Virus record (IMG/VR): IMGVR_UViG_3300042391_000478
Location: 1-55,935 of that record
Direction: 5' to 3' (one strand)
Length of the DNA stretch: 55,935 nt
From: a virus
Lineage: Duplodnaviria > Caudoviricetes
Both the position numbers and the translations under genes were made by a program. The notes below the pieces were generated by a model. That model saw only the letters and a program-made list of their open reading frames with translations. It had not been told where the DNA came from and searched no databases. Positions 26,517 to 34,782 of the stretch are shown one piece after another. Positions within the stretch are counted from its first letter, which is position 1; every line of letters starts with the position of its first letter.

Positions 26517-26730
26517 AAATTCAGAACTAATCGAACTTACTGGAAAAGTTGTTGAAGTGCTACCAAACTTTACTTTTAGAGTAGAGGTTGACAATATGCC
26601 AAAGCCCATTGTATGCTACACTAGTGGCAGACTTAAAAAACATAAGATTAAAATCATCTTGGCAGATAACGTACGAATAGAAGTTAGCTCGTACGATTTA
26701 TCCAAAGGCAGAATAACATTTAGGTTGTGA
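26509..26730 (+). CDS. infA: Translation initiation factor IF-1
   Basis: IELTGKVVEVLPN..FRVE...SGRL....I.I...D.V.IE.S.YDLSKGRITFR. Confidence 0.95.
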   Translation: MAKNSELIELTGKVVEVLPNFTFRVEVDNMPKPIVCYTSGRLKKHKIKIILADNVRIEVSSYDLSKGRITFRL

Positions 26731-27395
26731 CTATGAACTCCGTTCTCGAGCGTGTAAACACTGTATGTAAAAACGTTCGAACGGCAATTGTTACTCCTAC
26801 CTCCTTCAAAAAATTAATAGGAGCTGCTCGTCGAGAATTCAAAGAAGCTGATATCGACCTTGTCCTTAAAACCAAAAAAGACAGTTCTTTAGAAAAATCT
26901 GGATTTTATGTAATGGCCTATTACGATCCAGATGACGACTTCAACAACGAAACACCGATAGAAGTAGTAATCCATCATCACTTTAACGACTCGGACAGAT
27001 TCCAACTTAATCAAATAACAGATTTCTTAATACAAATTTTTGATGCAGTTGTACACGAGATTAGACATCAAAGGCAGAGTCGTAAGCGCAATCACGAGAC
27101 CTTTAGCGAACACATACAAGAACCGTATGCAGCGTACCTAGCAGATCCTGATGAATTAGACGCCTACGCATTTAGCATAGCCATAGAAATACTTAGAGTA
27201 ATGCCCAAGTCCAAGGCCAAAATATACATGACTAGAATGCACATACTAGCCAAAATGAGAATTGGCCCAATGTATGTTAGTACTAACTTACATGCCTACG
27301 TGGGAAATTTTAAAAACAATCCGTTACTTAAAAATCTAGCCAAAAAAATATACAAGCATATAGAATCGATTGACAGAACCTACATCTTTGTGTAA
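26727..27395 (+). CDS. HExxH zincin-like protein
   Basis: VVHEIRHQRQ ... YL.DPDELDAYA. Paralog-like to 42064. Confidence 0.6.
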   Translation: MTMNSVLERVNTVCKNVRTAIVTPTSFKKLIGAARREFKEADIDLVLKTKKDSSLEKSGFYVMAYYDPDDDFNNETPIEVVIHHHFNDSDRFQLNQITDFLIQIFDAVVHEIRHQRQSRKRNHETFSEHIQEPYAAYLADPDELDAYAFSIAIEILRVMPKSKAKIYMTRMHILAKMRIGPMYVSTNLHAYVGNFKNNPLLKNLAKKIYKHIESIDRTYIFV

Positions 27396-27398
27396 AAT
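27370..27398 (+). promoter_or_regulatory. sigma70 promoter
   Basis: TTGACA (27370-27375) N17 TAAAAT (27393-27398). Confidence 0.7.
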
Positions 27399-27434
27399 AT
27401 AGGTTAGTTTAGCAACTTATACGGAGCGGTTACA

Positions 27435-28118
27435 ATGACAGAATTTTCAGTAAAACAAGTTTTAGAATTGGCTTGCGCCGCCCAACGGGTCAACGGCGAC
27501 TATGTTAAAGAAACCGTTTGGGTCTACGATGACAACTTGAAGCCCCTGTACCGTAAAGAACCAAATAAATTCCTAATGTTGTTTACCCTAGGATGCCAAC
27601 CTCATTATGATGACGTTAATCGTCCAGAGTTGCTAACGATTACAGATCAAGATAGATCGCAAGCTGAGGACATACAAAAGCATTTTCGAAAGTTTATGTT
27701 TGGTGCAATCGCAGGAGAAAACGAATTTCAAACAGAAGTTAATACTATTCTCAATAGCGATACAGTTAAACAAAATAAATTTGGATTCATAGCCTGCTTA
27801 CCTAGCGTAATGGTTCGAGATGTTAAACGCAATACAGTTAAACGATCCTTACGTGATTGCGATAACGAACCGTTGGCTCAAGTTGACGTAAAACTGAAAG
27901 ATTTAGATTGTGAAATTATTGAAGTAAAACGTTCAAATAACTTTGATGCATGGAATATTTCTGCTATAATTAACAATAAGATTGTCAGCTGGTTTAGTAA
28001 GGTTGAATTAAAAACAGGGCCTTGTGTTGTAATCAAGGCCAAGGTAAAAACGCACGGCGAGAACTGGTCTACTAAGAAAGTTGAAACTCGCCTTAACTTT
28101 GTAAAGGCAGCTCAATGA
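27435..28118 (+). CDS. Hypothetical phage protein (possible C-terminal OB-fold)
   Basis: 227-aa ORF, GGAG SD, KAKVKTH...ETRLNFVK. Confidence 0.7.
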   Translation: MTEFSVKQVLELACAAQRVNGDYVKETVWVYDDNLKPLYRKEPNKFLMLFTLGCQPHYDDVNRPELLTITDQDRSQAEDIQKHFRKFMFGAIAGENEFQTEVNTILNSDTVKQNKFGFIACLPSVMVRDVKRNTVKRSLRDCDNEPLAQVDVKLKDLDCEIIEVKRSNNFDAWNISAIINNKIVSWFSKVELKTGPCVVIKAKVKTHGENWSTKKVETRLNFVKAAQ

Positions 28119-28146
28119 TGTTATCCAACCAGAAGGTGCAAGAAAA

Positions 28147-28746
28147 ATGAAACAAGAACTAGATAAATTGCTGTGCGAAAAGTATCCAAAGATGATGGTC
28201 AACCGTACAAAGCCCATGATGGAAACTTGTATGTGTTGGGGTTTTGAATGCGGCGATGGGTGGTTCAATATCCTGGATCAGCTTATGGGCAATATTCAGC
28301 ATCACATTGATTGGAAAGAGAAACAACGTCGATGGGCTATCGAGTACAACGACATGGCCGCTCAGGCTAAGGCTGGTAACTTTGATCTGTTCGAAGAAAC
28401 TACAAAGGCTCAACCTAATGACCAATATAAAGAAAAACGACTAGCAGAAATCGTTGCTGGAGACTTTAGAGAAGTGCCAGAGTCTATTCCGCAAGTTACG
28501 CTGGATCAAGTTAAAGAGAAATTTGGAACATTACGGTTTTACTACTCGGGCGGTGATGACGTTATCGATGGTATGGTACGTATGGCAGAAAGCATGACTG
28601 GAGTCACTTGTGAAGGTTGTGGCAATCTCGGCGAACGTCGTGGTGGTGGATGGATACACACTTATTGTACACCGTGTGAAGAAGCACGTGAGCTAGCACG
28701 TAAACAAGCAGACGAAGAATATTTGGCTAAGAGAGAATCAAAATGA
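28147..28746 (+). CDS. Hypothetical phage protein with Cys motifs
   Basis: GFECGDGWF, QVKEKFGTLRFY, TCEGCG, YCTPC. Confidence 0.75.
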   Translation: MKQELDKLLCEKYPKMMVNRTKPMMETCMCWGFECGDGWFNILDQLMGNIQHHIDWKEKQRRWAIEYNDMAAQAKAGNFDLFEETTKAQPNDQYKEKRLAEIVAGDFREVPESIPQVTLDQVKEKFGTLRFYYSGGDDVIDGMVRMAESMTGVTCEGCGNLGERRGGGWIHTYCTPCEEARELARKQADEEYLAKRESK

Positions 28747-28916
28747 AACAAACCTGTGCTATATGCCGTAAACCAGTTGAACCAAATTGTGATTGGCAAC
28801 AAGGACGTTGCCCCCACAGACCTAGTATGTTTGAACAAATTATGAGCGATCCCTATAAGACTAGATTTTATAATTTATTCAAAATGTTTAGCTCGAAAAA
28901 GAATGACAACTCATAG
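28743..28916 (+). CDS. Small Cys-rich protein (57 aa, not in ORF track)
   Basis: MKQTCAICRKPVEPNCDWQQGRCPH. ATGA overlap. Confidence 0.6.
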   Translation: MKQTCAICRKPVEPNCDWQQGRCPHRPSMFEQIMSDPYKTRFYNLFKMFSSKKNDNS

Positions 28917-29109
28917 TTTTGATGTTACAATACAATGGAACAACGAAAATGTTCCGTGGTGGAATGAAACGTGTGCGTTAGTACTAGAAGTATTTGGACT
29001 TCCCGGACATAGATTTGTGTACCACCCGTACGAGGATTATATGACTTTTTCGTTTACTAGCGAAAAAGATGCATCACTATGTAAAATACTGTTGTCGGAA
29101 AGATTATGA
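28903..29109 (+). CDS. Hypothetical protein
   Basis: WNETCALVLEVFGLPG.RF, packed in operon. Confidence 0.65.
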   Translation: MTTHSFDVTIQWNNENVPWWNETCALVLEVFGLPGHRFVYHPYEDYMTFSFTSEKDASLCKILLSERL

Positions 29110-29960
29110 AAATTAAACTTGTATCAGACCTCCATTTGGAGTTTTCGGATTGTTACATCAACAATAACGAAGGCGCCGATGTATTGATTTTGGGTGGCGA
29201 CATTATGATTGCCCAGGATCTGCACGATCATCATGCGGCTGACTTTAATCCCTACAGCAATGGCGCATTAGCCGACCTTAGCCGTAAAATGCAACGAGTT
29301 GCTCGCTTCCGTGATTTCTTTAAGCGTTGTAGTTTTCAGTTCCCGCATGTTATCTACATTATGGGTAATCACGAATTCTACAATGGTAAGTTCTATGCTG
29401 GCATCGATTACATGCGAGAAGAAATTGCCAAGTACCCTAACATCTATATGTTAGAGCAAGATACTAAGATTATCGACGATGTTGTGTTTGTTGGCGGTAC
29501 TTTGTGGACTAACATGAACAAGCGTGATCCACTTACAATGCATGCCATTGAAGGTATGATGAACGATTTCCGTATTATCCGTAACGACAAGAGAAACTAT
29601 GCGGCTATGAGTGCGTTGGATGTTGCTATTCGTCACGATAAGACACTGGGCTATATCAAGCATATTGTTCAGGAACACAAGGACAAGAGGTGTGTTGTAG
29701 TCGGGCATCACAGTCCTAGTTTCCAAAGTGTGCATGAAACTTATCAAGCACAGACTTTGATGAACGGTGGCTACCATAGCGACTTGAGTGAGTTCATCAT
29801 GGATCACCCACAGATCAAACTGTGGACACATGGTCACACCCATCATCCGTTTGATTACATGATTGGTGAAACCCGTATTGTGTGTAACCCTCGTGGTTAC
29901 GAAAACGATGGTTACAGCGAAGAAACTGGCTGGGATCCTACTAAAATTTTGGAGATTTAA
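29106..29960 (+). CDS. Calcineurin-like metallophosphoesterase
   Basis: SDLHLE, GGDI, GNHE, GHHSP, HGHTH, CNPRGY. Confidence 0.9.
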   Translation: MKIKLVSDLHLEFSDCYINNNEGADVLILGGDIMIAQDLHDHHAADFNPYSNGALADLSRKMQRVARFRDFFKRCSFQFPHVIYIMGNHEFYNGKFYAGIDYMREEIAKYPNIYMLEQDTKIIDDVVFVGGTLWTNMNKRDPLTMHAIEGMMNDFRIIRNDKRNYAAMSALDVAIRHDKTLGYIKHIVQEHKDKRCVVVGHHSPSFQSVHETYQAQTLMNGGYHSDLSEFIMDHPQIKLWTHGHTHHPFDYMIGETRIVCNPRGYENDGYSEETGWDPTKILEI

Positions 29961-29961
29961 A

Positions 29962-30111
29962 ATGGCTGAAGAAAATGTAAACATTGTAGAAGTTGTGCGG
30001 ACTACTGCTAAAAATATGTACGAGATGCTGATGCAACTAGCTGGTCATATTGAAGCACTAGAAAATGAAAATTCAGAACTTAAGGCAAAGTTATCAGATG
30101 ACTTTAAATGA
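29962..30111 (+). CDS. Small coiled-coil protein
   Basis: GGAG SD, HIEALENENSELKAKL. Confidence 0.6.
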   Translation: MAEENVNIVEVVRTTAKNMYEMLMQLAGHIEALENENSELKAKLSDDFK

Positions 30112-30412
30112 AAAAGATTTAGCCATGTTTAAAAAATGGCTTTGTGGACATTTAAGGCTAGGTCCAGTTACTGTAATATTCACTAAGAAAGACGGTACCG
30201 AACGAGTGATGGAATGTACAACCGCTCCATCACTTGTTCCTGTAGTAGCTGAACCAGTACACTATACTAACACAGACAACCCTATTGATTTTCCTGTTGC
30301 TAAAAAGGAAAGAAAAATCAATGAGGATGTGATGCCTGTATATGACCTTGAAAGTTTAGCATGGAAAAGTTTTCGATGGGATTCAATTAAACAAGTGAGC
30401 TTTAAGCTATGA
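30098..30412 (+). CDS. WYL-like/SH3-fold phage protein (DUF2693-like)
   Basis: V.FTKKDGTERVM.CT ... VYDLE...WKSFRWD. Confidence 0.75.
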   Translation: MTLNEKDLAMFKKWLCGHLRLGPVTVIFTKKDGTERVMECTTAPSLVPVVAEPVHYTNTDNPIDFPVAKKERKINEDVMPVYDLESLAWKSFRWDSIKQVSFKL

Positions 30413-30636
30413 AGCAATATGTAGAGGAAACCTGCGAAGTTATATGTGAAGACAACGGTAGAAAGTTTGTTGCAGATATATTGAATTTTAGGGCAGGTCA
30501 AAATATTACAATTAGTTTGGAAAAAAGCATTAGAATTGAACTTAAATGGAATCGAAGAGTATACGAAGGTTTTTTTGGTGGTAAAAGTTTTATCACCGAT
30601 GGGCCAGTTATTCGTAATGTAAGACAAGGAAGATAA
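30409..30636 (+). CDS. Hypothetical protein
   Basis: ATGA overlap, 75 aa. Confidence 0.65.
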   Translation: MKQYVEETCEVICEDNGRKFVADILNFRAGQNITISLEKSIRIELKWNRRVYEGFFGGKSFITDGPVIRNVRQGR

Positions 30637-30637
30637 T

Positions 30638-31084
30638 ATGAAAATCGGACTAAGCTATAGTCGTTGCGTGAGAGATATTGTTGACGGCAAAGTAGACATT
30701 GCTGATGTGCTAGTATTGATTACTCGCACAGATTTCGATCCGCGTGATGCTGGCCAATGGTCGTCTATTTGGACTGGCTACGGAGGAGGTACAGAAAATG
30801 CCTACAATCGTGGATTTTTTAGTCATAGTAATCCCGAATGGGCAGACTATAATGCCGAAGATGAAGATCGCTTCCGTTCAGTGAGTATTGAACTGTGGGA
30901 GTCAGGTAAACTTCACCAACCCCGCAAGTTCGGTGCTCACCCTGCTCGCCGTCGAGAAATTTGGCTAGAAGCAGTTCTGCCAAGTAGTGAACTGGAAACC
31001 AATCCAGCCGCTAAGAAAGCGTGGGACAAGTTCCAAACAGTTGCTGGCCTTACGAATGTCGAACTAGACGACAAGTATCAATAA
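30638..31084 (+). CDS. Hypothetical phage protein
   Basis: MKIGLSYSRCVRDIV...GKLHQPR. AGGA SD. Confidence 0.7.
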   Translation: MKIGLSYSRCVRDIVDGKVDIADVLVLITRTDFDPRDAGQWSSIWTGYGGGTENAYNRGFFSHSNPEWADYNAEDEDRFRSVSIELWESGKLHQPRKFGAHPARRREIWLEAVLPSSELETNPAAKKAWDKFQTVAGLTNVELDDKYQ

Positions 31085-31122
31085 TTCGAGCAACGATGCG
31101 CAAATAATATGTAACAATGTCA

Positions 31123-31151
31123 TTGACACTAGTCGATATTGTTGTTATAAT
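31123..31151 (+). promoter_or_regulatory. sigma70 promoter with extended -10
   Basis: TTGACA (31123-31128) N17 TATAAT (31146-31151). Confidence 0.9.
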
Positions 31152-31184
31152 AGACACACTAAGCAACACATTAAGGCAATTGAA

Positions 31185-32276
31185 ATGTCGTATTTTTTAA
31201 AGTCAGGAAACACATTCCGAGTTTCTAGCAAAGAAGCTATGGATCTGCACGATATGTTACCAGCTGGTAACTATGTAGTTAAAGAGATGCCAATGGACGG
31301 CCCTCTTTACCTTGAGCATATTGAATCATTTGAAATCAAAGGTAAACGCTACGGCGACCTTGACAAGAACACCGATCGTATCTTGAATACATTTATGGAT
31401 CGTAGTTCATCTACTGGCGTTATGCTAGCAGGTGAAAAAGGATCTGGTAAGAGTTTGCTGGCCAAGAACTTGGCCATCGAAGCTGCAAAGCGCATGAACA
31501 TTCCTTGTATTGTTATCAATGCTCCGTGGGTTGGTGACAAGTTCAACGCATTTATGCAGATGATTGAACAACCATGCATGGTTTTGTTTGACGAGTTCGA
31601 AAAGGTCTACGATAGCGATGACCAAGAGAAAGCATTGACTTTGCTTGACGGTGTGTTCCCCAGCAAGAAGTTGTTCGTATTGACCTGTAACGACAAGTGG
31701 CGTATTGACCAGCACATGCGTAACCGTCCAGGCCGTCTATACTACATGTTGGACTACAAAGGACTGGATGCCAACTTTATCACTGAGTACTGCAATGATA
31801 ACTTGAAGCCAGACTTGCTCAAGCATACTGAAAAGCTATGCCAAATTGCGTCATTGTTTGCTCAGTTCAACTTCGACATGCTGAAGGCAACTGTTGAAGA
31901 AATGAACCGCTATAACGAAGAACCGCAAGATGCACTCCGTATGTTAAACGTCAAGCCGGAGTTTGACTCGGGTAACAAGTTCACTATGAAGGTTATCCGA
32001 AACGGTGAGGAAGTTAAATCTGACGACATCGAAACTAACGAATGGAAAGGTAACCCGCTGCAAGGCGAAGTTCGAATCCACTTGAAAGAATACGAAGATA
32101 CTCGAGATGAAGACGGTGACCTGGATTGGAACTGGGGTGCCATTCGATTCACTCCAGCAGAGTTGAAGAAGATTGACAGCCAAACTGGCAAATTTGTTTT
32201 TGCCAATGCCAACGGTGTTCAGCTTGTTTTGAGCAAAGTTAAAGAGCAGAACTTTTCATACTACGATGCGTTCTAA
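31185..32276 (+). CDS. AAA+ ATPase
   Basis: GEKGSGKS Walker A, LFDEFEK Walker B, LLDG, NRPGR arginine finger. Confidence 0.9.
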   Translation: MSYFLKSGNTFRVSSKEAMDLHDMLPAGNYVVKEMPMDGPLYLEHIESFEIKGKRYGDLDKNTDRILNTFMDRSSSTGVMLAGEKGSGKSLLAKNLAIEAAKRMNIPCIVINAPWVGDKFNAFMQMIEQPCMVLFDEFEKVYDSDDQEKALTLLDGVFPSKKLFVLTCNDKWRIDQHMRNRPGRLYYMLDYKGLDANFITEYCNDNLKPDLLKHTEKLCQIASLFAQFNFDMLKATVEEMNRYNEEPQDALRMLNVKPEFDSGNKFTMKVIRNGEEVKSDDIETNEWKGNPLQGEVRIHLKEYEDTRDEDGDLDWNWGAIRFTPAELKKIDSQTGKFVFANANGVQLVLSKVKEQNFSYYDAF

Positions 32277-32519
32277 ATGGGAACACAGACAGACTATTTT
32301 AATAAGATAGGCTACAAGCCCAAATACTTTATCGGTGATAGAGTGTTTGGGCGATGGAATAAGATTCCGTTTATCGGCTCGGTTGGTAACGACCGCTGCA
32401 TAGACGGAGTTAATCCCGAAATAACAATCCATTTGGATTTGCCAATTAAGATCAACAATACTGTACACAATTTTATCATAGTCAAACATAAAGATGTTAA
32501 ACAGTTAGTAACTTGGTAG
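32277..32519 (+). CDS. Hypothetical protein
   Basis: 80-aa ORF abutting the ATPase stop. Confidence 0.6.
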   Translation: MGTQTDYFNKIGYKPKYFIGDRVFGRWNKIPFIGSVGNDRCIDGVNPEITIHLDLPIKINNTVHNFIIVKHKDVKQLVTW

Positions 32520-32535
32520 TGTTAGCCAAAATAGC

Positions 32536-32564
32536 TTGACTATAATTATTGTTAGTGTTATACT
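32536..32564 (+). promoter_or_regulatory. sigma70 promoter of nadM-nudix
   Basis: TTGACT (32536-32541) N17 TATACT (32559-32564) with TG. Confidence 0.75.
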
Positions 32565-32583
32565 TAAAGCATAAATAAAACAA

Positions 32584-32606
32584 AGCAATGCGATAGACGC
32601 AAAGCT
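32584..32606 (+). promoter_or_regulatory. Leader hairpin with AUAGA loop (copy 1)
   Basis: AGC-AA-TGCG-ATAGA-CGCA-AA-GCT. Core 12-mer identical to 34737-34748. Confidence 0.55.
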
Positions 32607-32629
32607 GACATTATTGAAAGGATTTTTCA

Positions 32630-33649
32630 ATGTCTAGAAAATACGATACCCTTGTCCTTATTGGACGTTTTCAACCCATACACAATGCTCACTTAGAGAT
32701 TATCAAACGTGCTACTGCACTTTGTGATCAGCTGGTAATTATTACAGGCAGTGCCGCACAACCCCGTACTTACAAAAACCCATTTACCTCCGCTGAACGT
32801 GAACGCATGATCAAATACGCGGCCGGCGGACTTTCAATGTTTATCAACGTTGAAGAAAACCCAGACACTATCTACAATGACCAAGCATGGGCAGTTCGTG
32901 TTCAGGCACTGGTTGCTAAACACACTAAGCCTGGAAGCAAAGTTGGCATCATTGGACACAAGAAAGATGACAGCTCATTCTACCTTGACATGTTCCCACA
33001 ATGGGGCTTTGAGAATGTAGAGCTGATTGAGTTCTTGAGCGCAGTTAACATTCGTGACCTGTACTTTAAACGTGATGTTAACATGAGCTTCATCAAAGGC
33101 GTTGTGCCAGAAAGCACTTTCAATTTTTTGGTTGAGTTCAAAGACAGCCCAGAGTACGAACAAATCATCCGAGAACGTGAGTTTGTTATCAACTACAAGA
33201 AGCAATACGCAAGTTTGCCTTATCCTCCAATCTTCAGTACAGCCGATGCAGTTGTAATACAAAGTGGACACATCTTGCTGATCAAACGCCGTGCTGAGCC
33301 AGGTAAGGGATTGTGGGCATTGCCAGGTGGTTATGTCAACGCTAACACTGACAAGTCGGTAGAAGATGCTGCCATCCGTGAGCTTCGTGAAGAAACACTG
33401 ATCAAGGTGCCTGCTCCTGTACTGCGTGGATCGATTGTGCGTAGCAAGGTCTTTGATGCAGTCGATCGTAGCCCACGTGGGCGTATTATCACTCACGCAT
33501 TCCATATCCAATTGCCCGACGGCGAACTGCCCAAAGTAAAGGGATCAGACGATGCTGAAAAGGCACGTTGGGTTCCTATCGCAGAGGTTCGAAGCGAAGA
33601 ATGCTTTGAAGACCATTTTGAAATCATCCAACACTTTTTAGGAGCATAA
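32630..33649 (+). CDS. nadM: Bifunctional NMN adenylyltransferase / ADP-ribose pyrophosphatase (NadM-Nudix)
   Basis: GRFQPIHNAH (HxGH-type), KNPF, SAVNIR. Nudix box GG......EDAAIRELREET, GSDDAEKARW. Confidence 0.93.
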   Translation: MSRKYDTLVLIGRFQPIHNAHLEIIKRATALCDQLVIITGSAAQPRTYKNPFTSAERERMIKYAAGGLSMFINVEENPDTIYNDQAWAVRVQALVAKHTKPGSKVGIIGHKKDDSSFYLDMFPQWGFENVELIEFLSAVNIRDLYFKRDVNMSFIKGVVPESTFNFLVEFKDSPEYEQIIREREFVINYKKQYASLPYPPIFSTADAVVIQSGHILLIKRRAEPGKGLWALPGGYVNANTDKSVEDAAIRELREETLIKVPAPVLRGSIVRSKVFDAVDRSPRGRIITHAFHIQLPDGELPKVKGSDDAEKARWVPIAEVRSEECFEDHFEIIQHFLGA

Positions 33650-33650
33650 A

Positions 33651-33836
33651 ATGAACGAACGAATTCTAAAACTTGCTGAACAATGTCATCATCGGTACTC
33701 TGAGCACAACATTGATTTGGAAAAGTTCGCCGAGTTGATTGTCAAGGAATGTTATCTGTGGGCCAAAGAAAATGGTGGCTTGGGCTGTGAGGAAGATTTT
33801 GAAGCGTTAAAAGAACATTTCGGAGTTGAAGAATGA
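33651..33836 (+). CDS. Hypothetical protein
   Basis: MNERI..LAEQ...EKFAELIVKEC...KEHFGVEE. AGGAG SD. Confidence 0.7.
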   Translation: MNERILKLAEQCHHRYSEHNIDLEKFAELIVKECYLWAKENGGLGCEEDFEALKEHFGVEE

Positions 33837-34036
33837 AACAATTAGCTATTGATGGTGATACCGCAGATCGCATCACAGTTCTTACTCTCAAGGACTATGC
33901 TAAGTACCTGCGTAAAGAATTAAAACAGTTTAAAAAAGGCGAGTATCTACATCCAGAAGATGTAGCTGGCAACATTCGTCGCATTGAAGCAATTGAATTT
34001 ATTTTAAAGGACTTTCCAAATGTTGAAACACGCTAA
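33833..34036 (+). CDS. Hypothetical protein
   Basis: ATGA overlap, YLHPEDV. Confidence 0.65.
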   Translation: MKQLAIDGDTADRITVLTLKDYAKYLRKELKQFKKGEYLHPEDVAGNIRRIEAIEFILKDFPNVETR

Positions 34037-34481
34037 AGGTAATCTACTTGACCTGGCAGAAGCGGGAGACTTTGACATTGTAGTACAAGGCTGTAATTGC
34101 TTTAACACTATGGGCGGCGGCATTGCTCGTGAAATCCGTGAACGCTACCCTATGGCCGCAGAGGTAGATAATGAAACACTAAAGGGCGACTACCGTAAGT
34201 TAGGTAACTGGACCACAGCATTCACTGGAAAGTTCTTGATTGTCAACGCCTATACACAGTATAATATGAGTCAGGGCACAGATGTGTTTGAATACACTGC
34301 GTTCCAATTAATATTAGATAAGCTGGTCTTTGTTTATCCAGGCAAACGGATTGGCCTGCCCTACATTGGATGCGGACTTGCCGGCGGCGAACAAGAAACT
34401 ATCGTTGACATGATCGAAGTATTTGCCAAAAGAGTTGCCCGAAAAAGCGGCACAGTTACACTAGTAGAATTTGTTCGATAA
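34020..34481 (+). CDS. Macro domain protein (ADP-ribose binding/hydrolase)
   Basis: GNLL, QGCNCFNTMGGGIA, NAYTQY, PYIGCGLAGG. Confidence 0.88.
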   Translation: MLKHAKGNLLDLAEAGDFDIVVQGCNCFNTMGGGIAREIRERYPMAAEVDNETLKGDYRKLGNWTTAFTGKFLIVNAYTQYNMSQGTDVFEYTAFQLILDKLVFVYPGKRIGLPYIGCGLAGGEQETIVDMIEVFAKRVARKSGTVTLVEFVR

Positions 34482-34492
34482 AGAAAGAAAAT

Positions 34493-34693
34493 ATGAGTGA
34501 TCCATTAGAAGAAGCAGCCGCAGTAACCGAAATGTTGTTAGCTGAAAGTTTACGTATGCGAGCCAAAGTACCGGAAAAGACTGGACTATGTTTGGCTTGC
34601 GAAGACCCAACCGAAGGTGCATTCTGCTCAAAAGAATGCAGAGAAGATTACGAACGAATGGAAAGAATTAAAACCATTCGTGGTAAGAAATAG
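34493..34693 (+). CDS. TraR/DksA-like C4 zinc-finger protein
   Basis: MSDPLEEA..VTE N-terminal helix resembling TraR, plus CLAC...FCSKEC. Confidence 0.7.
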   Translation: MSDPLEEAAAVTEMLLAESLRMRAKVPEKTGLCLACEDPTEGAFCSKECREDYERMERIKTIRGKK

Positions 34694-34722
34694 TTGACAC
34701 TAGATGGGCTAGATGTTATACT
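34694..34722 (+). promoter_or_regulatory. sigma70 promoter of nadV
   Basis: TTGACA (34694-34699) N17 TATACT (34717-34722) with TG. Confidence 0.8.
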
Positions 34723-34728
34723 ATAAAC

Positions 34729-34756
34729 AAGTCCAAGCGATAGACGCAGACGACTT
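34729..34756 (+). promoter_or_regulatory. Leader hairpin with AUAGA loop (copy 2)
   Basis: AAGTC-CAA-GCG-ATAGA-CGC-AGAC-GACTT, beginning at the predicted +1. Confidence 0.55.
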
Positions 34757-34782
34757 AAGAAGTAAAATAAAGGAACTTTATT

